Positions 49,876 through 60,936 of a stretch of 64,000 bases of DNA are shown one piece after another (positions within the stretch are counted from its first letter, which is position 1; each line of letters opens with the position of its first letter). The DNA lies in the NCBI GenBank assembly GCA_021513695.1, contig CP084166.1:1568001-1632000 (forward strand). Reading direction: 5' to 3'. The stretch is from Candidatus Heimdallarchaeum aukensis (GTDB taxonomy: Archaea > Asgardarchaeota > Heimdallarchaeia > Heimdallarchaeales > Heimdallarchaeaceae). Under the pieces are notes generated by a model that worked only from the letters and a program-made list of their open reading frames with translations, had not been told where the DNA came from and made no database searches. The translations under genes were made by a program, and so were the position numbers.

Positions 49876-51801
49876 ATGGTAGAAGTAAAAGTAAAATTAC
49901 CTGATAACAACGAGATTACCATTGAAAAGGGTAAAACAGTATTGGATTTAGCCAATAAAATAAGCCCTAATTTAGCAAAAGCATCTTTAGCAGCAAAAGT
50001 AGATGATAAATTAGTGGATCTTACTTACCCAATTGAACAAGATTGCAAAGTAGAATTAATTACAGCCAGATCAGATGAAGCTTTTCATATTCTAAATCAC
50101 AGTGCGGCTCACGTATTAGCTAGTGCTGTCGTCGAATTGTTTCCTGAAGCGAAGCCAACTATTGGACCCTCTGTTGATGAGGGATTTTATTACGATTTCG
50201 AGGTAAAAAAGCCCTTTTCTCAAGAGGATTTGGAAAAAATAGAAAAGAAAATGATAGAGATAATAGAAGAAGATACTCCGTTTATTAGAGAAGAAGTTCC
50301 AATTCAAGAAGCCATTAAGTACTATAAAACAGTTGAAAAAAACAAATTCAAAGTAGAAATATTGGAAGAGATGCCAGATGTTGGCACCGTTTCTTTTTAC
50401 TCTCATCGAAACGGTAAATTCAAAGATCTTTGTAGAGGACCACATGTTCCATCAACGAAAAAAATTAAAGCTGTAAAAGTGTTAAACGCTTCTTCTGCAT
50501 TCTGGAGAGGAGATGCAAAAAGAGAATCTCTTCAACGAGTATATGGTATTGCTTTTACTGACGCTAAAAAACTAAAGAAGCACTTGAAAATGCTTGAAGA
50601 AGCAAAGAAACGTGATCATAGAATTTTAGGTCCTCAACTTGACCTATTCGATACTGCAGATGAATGGGGGCCTGGGATGCCATTAATCTATCCTAAAGGC
50701 ACAATCCTTCTAGATACAATCAAAGAGTTTTGGAAAAAAGAACACAAAAAAGCAGGGTATAAGGTTGTTCAAACTCCTCATCTGTTCAAAGAGATAGTTT
50801 GGAAAACGAGTGGGCATCTAGACTACTACATTGAAAACATGTATCCAGTTGACGCTAGAGGTGAACGTTGGTATGTTAAACCTATGAATTGTCCAGGACA
50901 TATGATGATCTTTAATAGAAAAACATATTCCTACAGAGAATTACCTGAAAAAATTGCAGAAATGGGTACTGTATATAGATACGAACTTTCAGGAGTACTT
51001 CATGGTTTATTCAGAATTCGAGGTTTTACCCAAGATGATAGTCACATTTTCATGCTTCCGGAGCAACTAGAAGACGAGATAGTAAAGATTATTGAAATGG
51101 TTAATCATTTTTATAAAGTGTTTGGATTCAAAGAGTGGGAATTTTTCATTAGTACAAGACCAGAGAAGTCTATTGGAACTGACGAAGGCTGGGAACACGC
51201 CACCAAATCTTTAATGAATGCTATAGAAAGAGTTGGAATCAAATACAAGGTTAAGCAAGGAGATGGAGCTTTCTATGGACCAAAGATTGATGTTGATGTT
51301 AAAGATGCAATTGGAAGACGTTGGCAATTAGCAACTATACAAGTAGATTTTAACTTACCTGAGAGATTTGATATAAATTACATAGGAGAAGATGGTCAAA
51401 AACATAGACCATTTGTTATTCACAGAGTCATATACGGTGCCTTAGAACGGTTTTTAGCTATATTAGTCGAGCATTATGCAGGAAAATTGCCAATATGGTT
51501 GAGCCCTGTACAAGCAATTGTTATTCCTATTACTGATGAACATATAGAATATGCAAAAATGGTTGCAACGGCACTTGATAATGAAGGAATTAGAGCAGAA
51601 GCTGATCTTTCTGGAGAGCGAATGGAGTACAAAATAAGACAAGCTACTCTTCAAAAAATACCTTACATTATTAACGTTGGTGGAAAAGAAATAGAGAACA
51701 ACACTATAGCTGTTCGTGATCGAACAAATAAAGTAAGATTTGGCGTTAAGATTGAAGAATTCGTTAAAGAAGTCAAAGAAAAAATAGCAAATTATGAATA
51801 A
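49876..51801 (+). CDS. thrS: Threonyl-tRNA synthetase
   Basis: 641 aa. N-terminal TGS and second additional domain with HSAAH..., class II catalytic core (motif 2 FRRE-like YRYELSGVLHGLFRIRGFTQDD), and C-terminal anticodon-binding domain. Confidence 0.9.
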   Translation: MVEVKVKLPDNNEITIEKGKTVLDLANKISPNLAKASLAAKVDDKLVDLTYPIEQDCKVELITARSDEAFHILNHSAAHVLASAVVELFPEAKPTIGPSVDEGFYYDFEVKKPFSQEDLEKIEKKMIEIIEEDTPFIREEVPIQEAIKYYKTVEKNKFKVEILEEMPDVGTVSFYSHRNGKFKDLCRGPHVPSTKKIKAVKVLNASSAFWRGDAKRESLQRVYGIAFTDAKKLKKHLKMLEEAKKRDHRILGPQLDLFDTADEWGPGMPLIYPKGTILLDTIKEFWKKEHKKAGYKVVQTPHLFKEIVWKTSGHLDYYIENMYPVDARGERWYVKPMNCPGHMMIFNRKTYSYRELPEKIAEMGTVYRYELSGVLHGLFRIRGFTQDDSHIFMLPEQLEDEIVKIIEMVNHFYKVFGFKEWEFFISTRPEKSIGTDEGWEHATKSLMNAIERVGIKYKVKQGDGAFYGPKIDVDVKDAIGRRWQLATIQVDFNLPERFDINYIGEDGQKHRPFVIHRVIYGALERFLAILVEHYAGKLPIWLSPVQAIVIPITDEHIEYAKMVATALDNEGIRAEADLSGERMEYKIRQATLQKIPYIINVGGKEIENNTIAVRDRTNKVRFGVKIEEFVKEVKEKIANYE

Positions 51802-51814
51802 TTTTTTATATTTT

Positions 51815-52960
51815 TTATTTTTCTTTAAATAGTTCAACAATTGTTTTGAACAACAAATTTGAATAAGTCACGACCTCATCCTTTAATGTATATTCATCAG
51901 TCACATGTAATTTATCCAATCTACCAGGACCAAAAATCACAAAATCAGTATTGTTAGGTGGAACCAATACTGCACCATCTGTACCGTAGGTAACACCTAT
52001 TACTTCCAAAATGCCTTTTTCTTTGAGTTTTTCTTTTAATTTGTCTAAAAATGCTATTTCTGAATTTGATTCAATTGGAGGAATAACATGTACTTCTTCA
52101 AACTCTGCTCGTGCATCCTCTTTAGAATTAAACTGATCTAATACTCTATTTATTTTCATTCTTATTTCATTATAATCGACAGAAGGAACAACTCTATAGT
52201 CTAGAGTAAATTCACAATATTCAGGAACAACGTTGAAAGAAGTCCCCCCGCTTATTTTACCAATATTAAGAGTTGAGTTGTTTAAAAGAGGATGCTTAGT
52301 TGATGGTATAGTTTTCTTAATTTTGGCTATTAATTCAGCAGCTTTCTCTATAGCATTAACTCCCAACTCAGGAGTTGAGCCATGAGCTGACTTGCCGTAT
52401 ACCTTTATTTTTGCCCAATATACACCTTTTTGAGCTATTGAAAGTTTTAATTCTGTTGGCTCACCTATTATAAGAAAGTGAGTCGAATCCATTATATCAG
52501 TGTTTAAAGCAGCTTTAGCACCCCCCATTCCTACTTCTTCATCACTTGTTATTAACAACTTAATTTTTTTTGTTAACTTTATGTTCTTTTCTTTTAATTT
52601 TAACAAAATTGCTATATATGACGCAATAGAGCCTTTCATGTCTGTTGCTCCTCGCCCATATATTCGTCCATTATGCTCAATCCCTTCAAAAGGATTAAAA
52701 GTCCATTTTTCTTCATCTCCAGGGGGAACAACATCAATATGTCCACATAGTACTATGCTTTCTTTACCAGATCCATATTCCGCAAAAAGATTGGCTCGAT
52801 CTTCTGAATACTTTTGAATTTCACATTGTATGCCTTTTTCAGAAAGAATTTTTTTCACATAATTAATCGCGTTTATTGTTTTTCCAGGAGGATTTACTGT
52901 TTTAAACTGGATGAGTTTTTGCAATATTGGAATTACTTCTTTTTCTTTTATTTCATTCAT
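51815..52960 (-). CDS. M20 family metallopeptidase (ArgE/DapE-like deacylase)
   Basis: LCGHIDVVP, GRGATDMKG and ...SDEEVG... metal-ligand motifs. Confidence 0.85.
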   Translation of the reverse strand: MNEIKEKEVIPILQKLIQFKTVNPPGKTINAINYVKKILSEKGIQCEIQKYSEDRANLFAEYGSGKESIVLCGHIDVVPPGDEEKWTFNPFEGIEHNGRIYGRGATDMKGSIASYIAILLKLKEKNIKLTKKIKLLITSDEEVGMGGAKAALNTDIMDSTHFLIIGEPTELKLSIAQKGVYWAKIKVYGKSAHGSTPELGVNAIEKAAELIAKIKKTIPSTKHPLLNNSTLNIGKISGGTSFNVVPEYCEFTLDYRVVPSVDYNEIRMKINRVLDQFNSKEDARAEFEEVHVIPPIESNSEIAFLDKLKEKLKEKGILEVIGVTYGTDGAVLVPPNNTDFVIFGPGRLDKLHVTDEYTLKDEVVTYSNLLFKTIVELFKEK

Positions 52961-53139
52961 TATTGTTCTTGAGGAATTGAAGCCCCTTCTATAAAATTTT
53001 TTTCTATTGATGTTCTTTAGATTCTCAATGTTTTAAAAACGAAAATTTGCACCTAAAAATAAGATACTTGTAATCAAATTTTCCAGATATTACATTCATT
53101 TTAAAAACCCCTCATAATTGTGTTGTTGGTTGAACCATC

Positions 53140-54558
53140 TTGTTAGTATTATCAAGTTGTCAATATTGTGGTAATAAAGCTCAATATTATTGTACAAATT
53201 GTGGAAAATTACTATGTTCAGAACATGCGACTGAAGCCCACACAGTCTACTATTGTAAAAACTGTGATTTAGAAGTGTATGAAAAGCAATGTCACAAGTG
53301 TGGAAACAAAACAGAATTTTCTAGAAATGATAATGTTCTCCTGTGCGAATGGTGCAAAACTCCTACAGTAGTAGATGGCTATGCCTATCATCAACAATTA
53401 CCTGAAAAAATATTTAGTTCAATACTTAGAATAAATAAAAAGATAGCTGATTTGCTTTACCTAACAGATAGATATCACAAATTAGTTGACGAAATTCTAA
53501 AAGTGCGATATGCTAAAATAAAATTATTTCCAGAAATTGAAGATGATCTCTCCATTCTAAGAACAAAAATAGACAACTTAATCAAAAAACTAAGAATCAT
53601 CAGTGATAGCTTATTTTTGAAAATAAACAAAAAGTTACAATCATTAAACTACCTTAGATCCCCAAACTTAAACAACCTTGAACCAGCTGAAGAATTAATC
53701 AATTATTTAGACAAAAACTATGAATCTTTAGGATATAGCTTACATTTAAAAATTGAGCAAATAGAAGAATACTTTGCCTCCATTGGCAAAAAAGTTGATT
53801 TTCTGAATTATCAATATACTCTTTTGAAGATAATATACCGACTTATTCCTGAAGTTGAAGGAGAGGAATTAATTGCTATCATTCCTAGAATGTGGATAAA
53901 AAAAAGTTATAAGCTCCCTAAGCGTCATGTTTTTGTTTTAACAAACAAGAACATCTACCTCTTAAGAGAAAAAGGCCTATTTCGTACAATGTTAAAATTA
54001 AAAGAGAAAATCGATCTCTCTAATGTAAGATTAGTTTCAGAATCCCAAACATTATTGAAAGGAAAGGTTGTAAAAATTTCAACATTACTTTCACAATATT
54101 CATTGTTTGGTAGAGATATAGCTATTTCAGAGTTATCAAAATATTTCAGTATCTATTATGAATACTTCAAATATTCTACAAGTGACCTCACAGTAATTAA
54201 TGAATTTAAATATTATAATTTATCTGTAAAAGATTTACGAGAAGCAATAAATAAATACCTCAACAACCTCCGTGTTTCTCTTCTTAAAAAGAGAGAAATA
54301 AAAAGAGAAATAATGTATAAAAATAGTTTAGTAGCAAGACGACAGCAGATATTACAACGATTAGCAAATATAAGACGTAAAATCCAAGAAATAACGCAAT
54401 CTAGAACAGGAAGATATCAAAGTCCTAAAGTTTTCAACAACCTGTTACAGAGACTTATGGAAGAGCAATCTCGTTTAGAAAAAGAAATAAGAATAAATGA
54501 CGCAAAAATCAGAGAGATAGATGAATTGTGGGGTGTTTTTTATGATCAAGTTTCTTAA
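53140..54558 (+). CDS. Zinc-finger (HIT/MYND-like cross-brace plus a second zinc ribbon) protein with a long coiled-coil
   Basis: N-terminus CQYCGNKAQYYCTNCGKLLCSEHATEAHTVYYC (C-x2-C-x7-C-x2-C-x4-C-x2-H-x4-H-x4-C) then CKNC...CHKCGN...CEWC. Residues from about 100 to 470 are heptad-rich. Confidence 0.4.
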   Translation: MLVLSSCQYCGNKAQYYCTNCGKLLCSEHATEAHTVYYCKNCDLEVYEKQCHKCGNKTEFSRNDNVLLCEWCKTPTVVDGYAYHQQLPEKIFSSILRINKKIADLLYLTDRYHKLVDEILKVRYAKIKLFPEIEDDLSILRTKIDNLIKKLRIISDSLFLKINKKLQSLNYLRSPNLNNLEPAEELINYLDKNYESLGYSLHLKIEQIEEYFASIGKKVDFLNYQYTLLKIIYRLIPEVEGEELIAIIPRMWIKKSYKLPKRHVFVLTNKNIYLLREKGLFRTMLKLKEKIDLSNVRLVSESQTLLKGKVVKISTLLSQYSLFGRDIAISELSKYFSIYYEYFKYSTSDLTVINEFKYYNLSVKDLREAINKYLNNLRVSLLKKREIKREIMYKNSLVARRQQILQRLANIRRKIQEITQSRTGRYQSPKVFNNLLQRLMEEQSRLEKEIRINDAKIREIDELWGVFYDQVS

Positions 54559-54641
54559 CCCCCTTTTCCTTTCCTATTACTATAGAAAAACTAATAAGGA
54601 CTGTAATTAACTCTATTTTAGTTAATTCAAGAGTTGAAAAA

Positions 54642-55790
54642 ATGAATCCAATTCCTGTTGTAGATGTGAATATTAATGAAAAAGAGTTAGAAGCGGTAAA
54701 AAAAGTAATTGAAAGCAAGTATCTTGTAGAAGGTAAGAACGCGAGAGAATTTGAAAAGAAATTTGCTAAATTCACTGGTGCTAAATATGTTACTACTGTT
54801 GTAAACGGTACAGCCGCGCTTCATCTTGCAATGACCGCTTTGGATATTGGTCCTGGAGATGAAGTTATAACTACACCATTTACTTTTATTGCTTCTTCAA
54901 ATGCTATCCTATTTAATGGTGGAGTACCGATTTTTGTTGATGTTGATAAAGAGACTTTTAACATAGACCCAGAGAAAATTGAAGAAGCAATTACTGAAAA
55001 AACAAAAGCTATTCTTCCCGTACATATTTTCGGAAACCCGTGTGACATGAAAGCAATATCTGATATCGCTGAAGATCACAATTTAATAGTAATTGAAGAT
55101 TGTGCTCAAGCACATGATGCGCGAATAGATGGTGTTCATACTGGAAATTTTGGACAGATTGGTTCATTCTCTTTCTATGGAACGAAGAACCTTATTGGTG
55201 GAGAAGGTGGGGCAGTAATCTGTAATGATGAAGAACTTTTCGAAAAAATAAAAAGTATAAAAAATCACGGAAGAAGTCCAAAAGGAGGGTATTATCACTA
55301 TAGAATAGGGTTTAACTATCGAACAACAGATATATCTGCTGCCATCATGAATGTACAAATGGATAGAGCTCAAGAAATTTTAGAAAGAAGGCATAAGAAT
55401 GGAGAACTTTATAGAAAATTACTTTCTGAACAAGAAAATTTAATGATACAAAAAGTTCTTCCAGGCCATCAGCATAGTGACTATATAATGACACCAATAA
55501 TACTAAATGAAAAAGTGAAAACTGAAGAAATTATTAGTTACCTTAAGAAGAATGGCATCTCATCAAGAACAATTTACTCAATACTTTCTTACGAACAACC
55601 ATCTTATACTGATCTTTCAAATTGGCACATGTCTCGTGTTGTTAACTATCCAGATTATTCGAAAGTTTCTTGCCCTAATGCAGAATTTTTAGCAAGAAAC
55701 CACTTCGAAATACCTATGGTATCCACACTTTCAGATGAAGAAATTACTTTCATTGTAGAAAAAATAAATGATTTCTTCAAAAAAAAGTAA
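54642..55790 (+). CDS. DegT/DnrJ/EryC1/StrS family sugar aminotransferase
   Basis: 382 aa. ...VNGTAALHLA..., the PLP lysine region (FSFYGTKNL), and overall family pattern. Confidence 0.9.
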   Translation: MNPIPVVDVNINEKELEAVKKVIESKYLVEGKNAREFEKKFAKFTGAKYVTTVVNGTAALHLAMTALDIGPGDEVITTPFTFIASSNAILFNGGVPIFVDVDKETFNIDPEKIEEAITEKTKAILPVHIFGNPCDMKAISDIAEDHNLIVIEDCAQAHDARIDGVHTGNFGQIGSFSFYGTKNLIGGEGGAVICNDEELFEKIKSIKNHGRSPKGGYYHYRIGFNYRTTDISAAIMNVQMDRAQEILERRHKNGELYRKLLSEQENLMIQKVLPGHQHSDYIMTPIILNEKVKTEEIISYLKKNGISSRTIYSILSYEQPSYTDLSNWHMSRVVNYPDYSKVSCPNAEFLARNHFEIPMVSTLSDEEITFIVEKINDFFKKK

Positions 55791-55913
55791 TATAGACTTA
55801 AAAAAAATCTTTTTCTTTTCTTATAGATTCTATCATTTTACTTGGAACTTAAAAAAATGAATATTCAATCTTTTTCCAAAACATTTTTTTGCTCTTACTG
55901 ACAAGAATAAACA

Positions 55914-56846
55914 ATGAGTAACTTACCATTAGAATTTCCTTTGTATCTTAGTAATATTTCAGTAAAAGAAAAAGACACTCCAGAATTAGTTTTAACTTAT
56001 GAGGGAGATGAAACCCTTGTTGATAAATTGCTTCTAATTGGGAAGAATAATGGCTTACCTGACAACATTAATGCGGCCTTACCTTTTGAGCAAAAGAAAG
56101 TAAAAGGGAGAGTAGTTTTTGAGATTACTATCCCTATTTATGAGGACGGAGAATTTCAAGCTGTTGTGGAGTATGAAGACGAATATATTTATGAACCAGG
56201 GCAAGCTCATAATATAGTCTTTAGAGGTAAAGGTATTTTTTTGGATTTCAGAAAAATATTCCATCTTCAAAAAGAAGTTGTAAGACCAAAAGGAGCACCT
56301 AAACCTACCAAAAAAGAAACAGAACTCGAGGAAAAAATTGAAATTAAGAAAGAAGAGGATAAGCTTACTCCGTCTATTGAAAAGAAGAAAGATTTGACTC
56401 CTATTGCGGATAAAGATAACCTGCTAAAGGTTCAGCCTAAGGATTTTAGAAACTTTGATGAAAACCTTAAAACAAAACTTCTTCAGATATTGGATTATTT
56501 AGCAAATGAAAAAAGTAAAAAACTTGTTCTTGACACCATTATTCTGCCAGATATCTCTAGAACACTCAAAAGGCTAATTCTAGAAGAAATGAGGAAAAGC
56601 GTCTACGAAGCATGTTTTCCTGTAATTGTGTTGATCGAGAAGGCTCTGATATTAGGTGGTATGGTTTTTCAAGCTGTTTTTACTGATGAAACATTTGAAG
56701 AATATAAAAAAGAGGTTGTAGAAAAAATCCCAAAAATAAAAGAAAAAATCAATAGAATTGAGTTTGAACCCACAAATACTATGATAAAAGTAAAATACGA
56801 TAAAGACAAGCATTCATTTAAGAAAATGTTATATCATCAGATATAA
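55914..56846 (+). CDS. Hypothetical two-domain protein (N-terminal beta-rich, Lys/Glu-rich linker, C-terminal helical)
   Basis: ORF only. Confidence 0.25.
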   Translation: MSNLPLEFPLYLSNISVKEKDTPELVLTYEGDETLVDKLLLIGKNNGLPDNINAALPFEQKKVKGRVVFEITIPIYEDGEFQAVVEYEDEYIYEPGQAHNIVFRGKGIFLDFRKIFHLQKEVVRPKGAPKPTKKETELEEKIEIKKEEDKLTPSIEKKKDLTPIADKDNLLKVQPKDFRNFDENLKTKLLQILDYLANEKSKKLVLDTIILPDISRTLKRLILEEMRKSVYEACFPVIVLIEKALILGGMVFQAVFTDETFEEYKKEVVEKIPKIKEKINRIEFEPTNTMIKVKYDKDKHSFKKMLYHQI

Positions 56847-56882
56847 TTTTACTTTTTAATTATTGAAAAAATAAAAAAATGA

Positions 56883-58073
56883 TTAGGATTTATCTAGTTT
56901 TACTTTTTTTACTTTGTACTGGTGGTAAGCTGTTAACACTCTAATGAAACCATTATTTAATTCAGGAATATTCACTTCACCGTTTAAGTCAATTTTTATG
57001 CTTTCAATTGTTTGAACCTTTGAACTTGTTGAGACAACAATAAGATCAACTTTTTTACAACCATTGATTACTCTTGCGCTTATTTGTTGATTTCCTCTAC
57101 CTAATAGAAATCCTTGGCCCCCTATTGGTGAAAGAAGAATTTTAACTTCTTTATCTTTCGCTAGATTATATAATGTCTCTTCGTCAACATCCTCTGCAAT
57201 AATTTTTCCATTTTCCATAAAGTCTACGCCTAAAAGAGTTTTGTTAAAACCCAAATATTTCATCACTTGATAAACTGTACTCCCTGTACCTAAGATAACG
57301 GATCCATTCAATATATCATAACTAAATTTCAGATCCTCTGCAATAGATTCATACTCAATTTCATCACTATGTCCAGTGGGAATTTTTCCTCCTTGCATTA
57401 AGCCACCCTTTACTGGAGTTAAAACAGAGCCAAAATAATTTGCTGAAACTTGCCCATTTCTGAAGAGTTCTTCGTCAACGTCAAGAACATCTTCTAAAGT
57501 ATATTGAATCTCACCACTTTCTATTGCCTTGATTATCTCACCAAGATAAGTAGGATATTGCAGGAAACATCCACTGAACATTTTCACTCCAGAGGGTATA
57601 CCTACAATAGGAACTTCTTGGTTAACCACTGTTAATATATCTCTAGCTGTTCCATCTCCTCCAACAAAAACAATTAAATCAACTTTTTTATCTAGGAACA
57701 ATTTACATGCATTTTTCGTGTCTTCAGCTGTCGTTTGATCTTTTGCAAATGAATACACTAATTCTTTTTTAAAAGGATAGTTTTGTAGAATCGATTCACC
57801 CATTGGATCTGAACAATAATAGAAGAAAAGTGATTTTGAGTCAGAAATTGAAGATAGAGCTTTTTCAACTCTTTCATATGCATATTTCTCTTTTTCGAAA
57901 ATAGTCCAAGCTTCTTCTATTCCATCAGTTCCCTTCCAAGCTCTTTTTCCTCCAATTCCTGCAATTGGATTAACAATAAAACCAATTTTAATCGTCATTG
58001 AAAAGGAATAAAGTATAAGAAATTTTAATTTTCCGCATAAGCAAAAAATAGAAAAAAGTAGACAATTGAACAA
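56883..58073 (-). CDS. ATP-NAD kinase-like family protein (COG3199-type)
   Basis: GFIVNPIAGIGG near the N-terminus and DLIVFVGGDGTARDIL (GGDG motif). The real start is probably the internal MTIKIGFIVNP. Confidence 0.55.
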   Translation of the reverse strand: MFNCLLFSIFCLCGKLKFLILYSFSMTIKIGFIVNPIAGIGGKRAWKGTDGIEEAWTIFEKEKYAYERVEKALSSISDSKSLFFYYCSDPMGESILQNYPFKKELVYSFAKDQTTAEDTKNACKLFLDKKVDLIVFVGGDGTARDILTVVNQEVPIVGIPSGVKMFSGCFLQYPTYLGEIIKAIESGEIQYTLEDVLDVDEELFRNGQVSANYFGSVLTPVKGGLMQGGKIPTGHSDEIEYESIAEDLKFSYDILNGSVILGTGSTVYQVMKYLGFNKTLLGVDFMENGKIIAEDVDEETLYNLAKDKEVKILLSPIGGQGFLLGRGNQQISARVINGCKKVDLIVVSTSSKVQTIESIKIDLNGEVNIPELNNGFIRVLTAYHQYKVKKVKLDKS

Positions 58074-58134
58074 GTTATTTTATTTGAAAGTTACACATTA
58101 AAAAAACTTAAAACAATATCAAAAAAGTTATCTT

Positions 58135-58506
58135 GTGATTACCTTAAAGAAAAAAGACTTGTTGAAATATTATGGAGGAGCTTATTTATTAGTTGCCATC
58201 CTTGAAACATTATTATTTACCGCTATTCACGGAGATTGGAGCTTTAGGAGTATAATACTTAGCTTTAGCATTTGGGGAATTATCTGGTTAATATCAATGT
58301 TCGCATACCCTTCACTGATTACTGATGCAAACTATGAAATGCTAGCATTATCGCCATATCTATCACTTCTAGGATATGTAATAATCATTTTAGTTTTCTA
58401 TATTGTTTTCCGAGTTCATAAGCAAAAGGTAGAAAAAAAATTAGGAAAAAAATTAACTTTTGGGAAACTAATGGATTTATACTTTCCAATCAAAGAAGAA
58501 ACTTGA
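58135..58506 (+). CDS. Small membrane protein
   Basis: 3 predicted TM helices. Confidence 0.3.
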   Translation: MITLKKKDLLKYYGGAYLLVAILETLLFTAIHGDWSFRSIILSFSIWGIIWLISMFAYPSLITDANYEMLALSPYLSLLGYVIIILVFYIVFRVHKQKVEKKLGKKLTFGKLMDLYFPIKEET

Positions 58507-58730
58507 ACCCTTCTTTATATTGTTCAGAACAAAATTTCTTTCTTTTTGAATTAAAATATAGCAATAATGTTATTCAAGTTAGTATCTTTGATCTTACTCT
58601 TATTGCTTTTTCTAATCTTTCTTTACTCCCTTTCACACCTATTACTTGAATTTTTCTTTTTTTTCTATAAAATTCTCAATTATTTTTCTTCTTTCCTAAA
58701 CTTTATAAAAATTATACAAAAAATTCAATC

Positions 58731-59936
58731 ATGAAAATATCAAGTCGAGCTTCTAGTTTTAGTTATGCAATCAGAGACATTCTATCGGTAGCTAAAGAAG
58801 TGGAAGAAAAAGGTCATAAATTAATAAAATTAAATATCGGAGACCCTATTAAGTATGACTTTAAAACTCCTGATATCTTAACTGAACAATTAAAATTTGC
58901 AAAAACAGAAAATTATAATTTTTATGCTGATTCTCAGGGTTTGCTTGAATTTAGAGAGCAAATTGCGAATTATGAAAATAGAAAACATGGATTAAATGTT
59001 TCAGAAGAAAACGTGTTAGCTACTTCAGGGGTAAGTGAAGGCATTGCTTTTACATTTATGGCCTTCACAAATGAGGGAGATGATGTTTTAATTCCAGGAA
59101 TACATTATCCTAGTTATTCTGGAAATTCTTCAATCTATGGCACTAATTCAATATTTTATAAGACGGTAGTTGAAGAAAACTTTTATCCTGACCCAGATGA
59201 GATTCGTTCTCTCATGACAGAAAAAACGAAATTGGTATTTCTTAATACGCCTAATAATCCTACTGGAAGTGTTTATCCTGAAAAAGTAATTAAAGAGATT
59301 GTTGATATAGTTGGAGAATATGACGCGTGTATCGTCTCTGACGAAACTTACGATCAACTAATCTTAGATGATGGACTCAAACACATTCCAACTGCAAAAG
59401 TGGCAAAAGATGTTCCAGTAATAGCTTACAATGGTTTTAGCAAAGTTTTTTTGGCTCCAGGATGGAGATTGGGGTATCTTTACGTTCATGACCCAGAAGG
59501 AAAGATAGAAGAACCTTGGGAAGGAATAAATAAGTTAGCTAGAATTCGTTTATGTGCTTCAACCCCCTTGCAAAAAGCAGGAGCAGAGGCCTTAAAAATT
59601 GACCAAAGCGTTTACTTACCAGAAGTCATCCAAGATTTAAGAAAAAGAAGAGATTTAATGTATAATCGATTAAAAGAAATGGATGGTGTTTCTGTTTATA
59701 AACCCCAAGCAGCGTTTTACATCTTTCCTGTACTTGATATGGAACAATTCACATGGAAAAATGATAAAGAGTTTGTAATAGATTTTCTAAAAAAGAAACA
59801 TGTGTTAACAGTCTTTGGAACTGGTTTTGGTCCTTATGGAAAAAATGGTTTCCGTATGGTCTTTTTGCCTACACCAGAAGAGATAGACGAATCAATGAAC
59901 AGGCTTGAGGAATTGTTAAAAGAAAATAGAAAATAA
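58731..59936 (+). CDS. Class I/II PLP-dependent aminotransferase (aspartate aminotransferase-like)
   Basis: 401 aa. ...LNTPNNPTG... and NGFSKVF (PLP lysine) then ...GWRLGY. Confidence 0.85.
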   Translation: MKISSRASSFSYAIRDILSVAKEVEEKGHKLIKLNIGDPIKYDFKTPDILTEQLKFAKTENYNFYADSQGLLEFREQIANYENRKHGLNVSEENVLATSGVSEGIAFTFMAFTNEGDDVLIPGIHYPSYSGNSSIYGTNSIFYKTVVEENFYPDPDEIRSLMTEKTKLVFLNTPNNPTGSVYPEKVIKEIVDIVGEYDACIVSDETYDQLILDDGLKHIPTAKVAKDVPVIAYNGFSKVFLAPGWRLGYLYVHDPEGKIEEPWEGINKLARIRLCASTPLQKAGAEALKIDQSVYLPEVIQDLRKRRDLMYNRLKEMDGVSVYKPQAAFYIFPVLDMEQFTWKNDKEFVIDFLKKKHVLTVFGTGFGPYGKNGFRMVFLPTPEEIDESMNRLEELLKENRK

Positions 59937-59946
59937 GAGAATACCT

Positions 59947-60903
59947 TTATTCTTTATCTACTTCTTCTTTTGTTTTTTTCAAATTTTGTGAAACAGATGT
60001 TAAACCGATACCTATTATCACAATTAGAGCATAAGCAAGTGTGATTATTTCTGGAATTTGATCTAGAAAAATTATGCCTAATATAGTAGCTCCAATAGGT
60101 TCTGCAACTATAACAGTTCCTACAATAAAAGCGGGGATTTTTCTAAGAGAATAGTTATATGTAGCATGACCAATAAGTGATGGTCCTAAAGCCATTAGGA
60201 CTATAAATAAAAATGCTTTTCCTGAAAAAACAAAACTATTACGTTGAATTAGATTATAAATCATTAACGCGACTGCAGAAACGATGTTTACAACTCCAAA
60301 ATAAGCCCATAGCGGAGAATCTTTTAATATTTTTTTTCCTATTAAGAAATAAAAACTTACAGTGATTGCTCCTATTATAGCTAAAATTCCACCTAATAAA
60401 GGGTTAAGCAAATCAGAAGACTGAGATGTTGAGAGTGTTAGTAAAACACTACCAACAATTGCTATAACAATCCCGGTAACACCTATCCAGTTAACCCTTT
60501 CTCGAAAGAATAAATAGCCAAAAATAGCCATAAAAATTGGTACAGTGTCGACCAATGTTGTGGAGATTGCAACAGAGATAAATCGTAGGGATAAGAACCA
60601 AGTTGCGAAATGAATAGCTAATAGTATACCAGAGAGAATTATCCAGTGATATCTCCTTCTAGTTTTTTCTGATTTTAGCCATTTAACATCTTTATTAATC
60701 GTTGAAATAGTGAGAGCACCAATTCCAGCAAAGAAGGTTCGATACATTGCCACAATTTCAGAAGAAACATTGTATTCTTGAATTAAAACAACGAGAGGAG
60801 CAGCAAATGAAACGGCAATTATTGCTATGAATAAAAGAATAAAAGGGGTGTATTTTTTTATCCACGAGTTATTTCTAATTTTTTTCATTTGCACCAATTC
60901 CAA
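59947..60903 (-). CDS. EamA/DMT-superfamily transporter
   Basis: 10 TM helices in two EamA repeats. Confidence 0.8.
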   Translation of the reverse strand: MELVQMKKIRNNSWIKKYTPFILLFIAIIAVSFAAPLVVLIQEYNVSSEIVAMYRTFFAGIGALTISTINKDVKWLKSEKTRRRYHWIILSGILLAIHFATWFLSLRFISVAISTTLVDTVPIFMAIFGYLFFRERVNWIGVTGIVIAIVGSVLLTLSTSQSSDLLNPLLGGILAIIGAITVSFYFLIGKKILKDSPLWAYFGVVNIVSAVALMIYNLIQRNSFVFSGKAFLFIVLMALGPSLIGHATYNYSLRKIPAFIVGTVIVAEPIGATILGIIFLDQIPEIITLAYALIVIIGIGLTSVSQNLKKTKEEVDKE

Positions 60904-60936
60904 TACTCCTCACTGTCAATAAAGTAATATAGTGTT

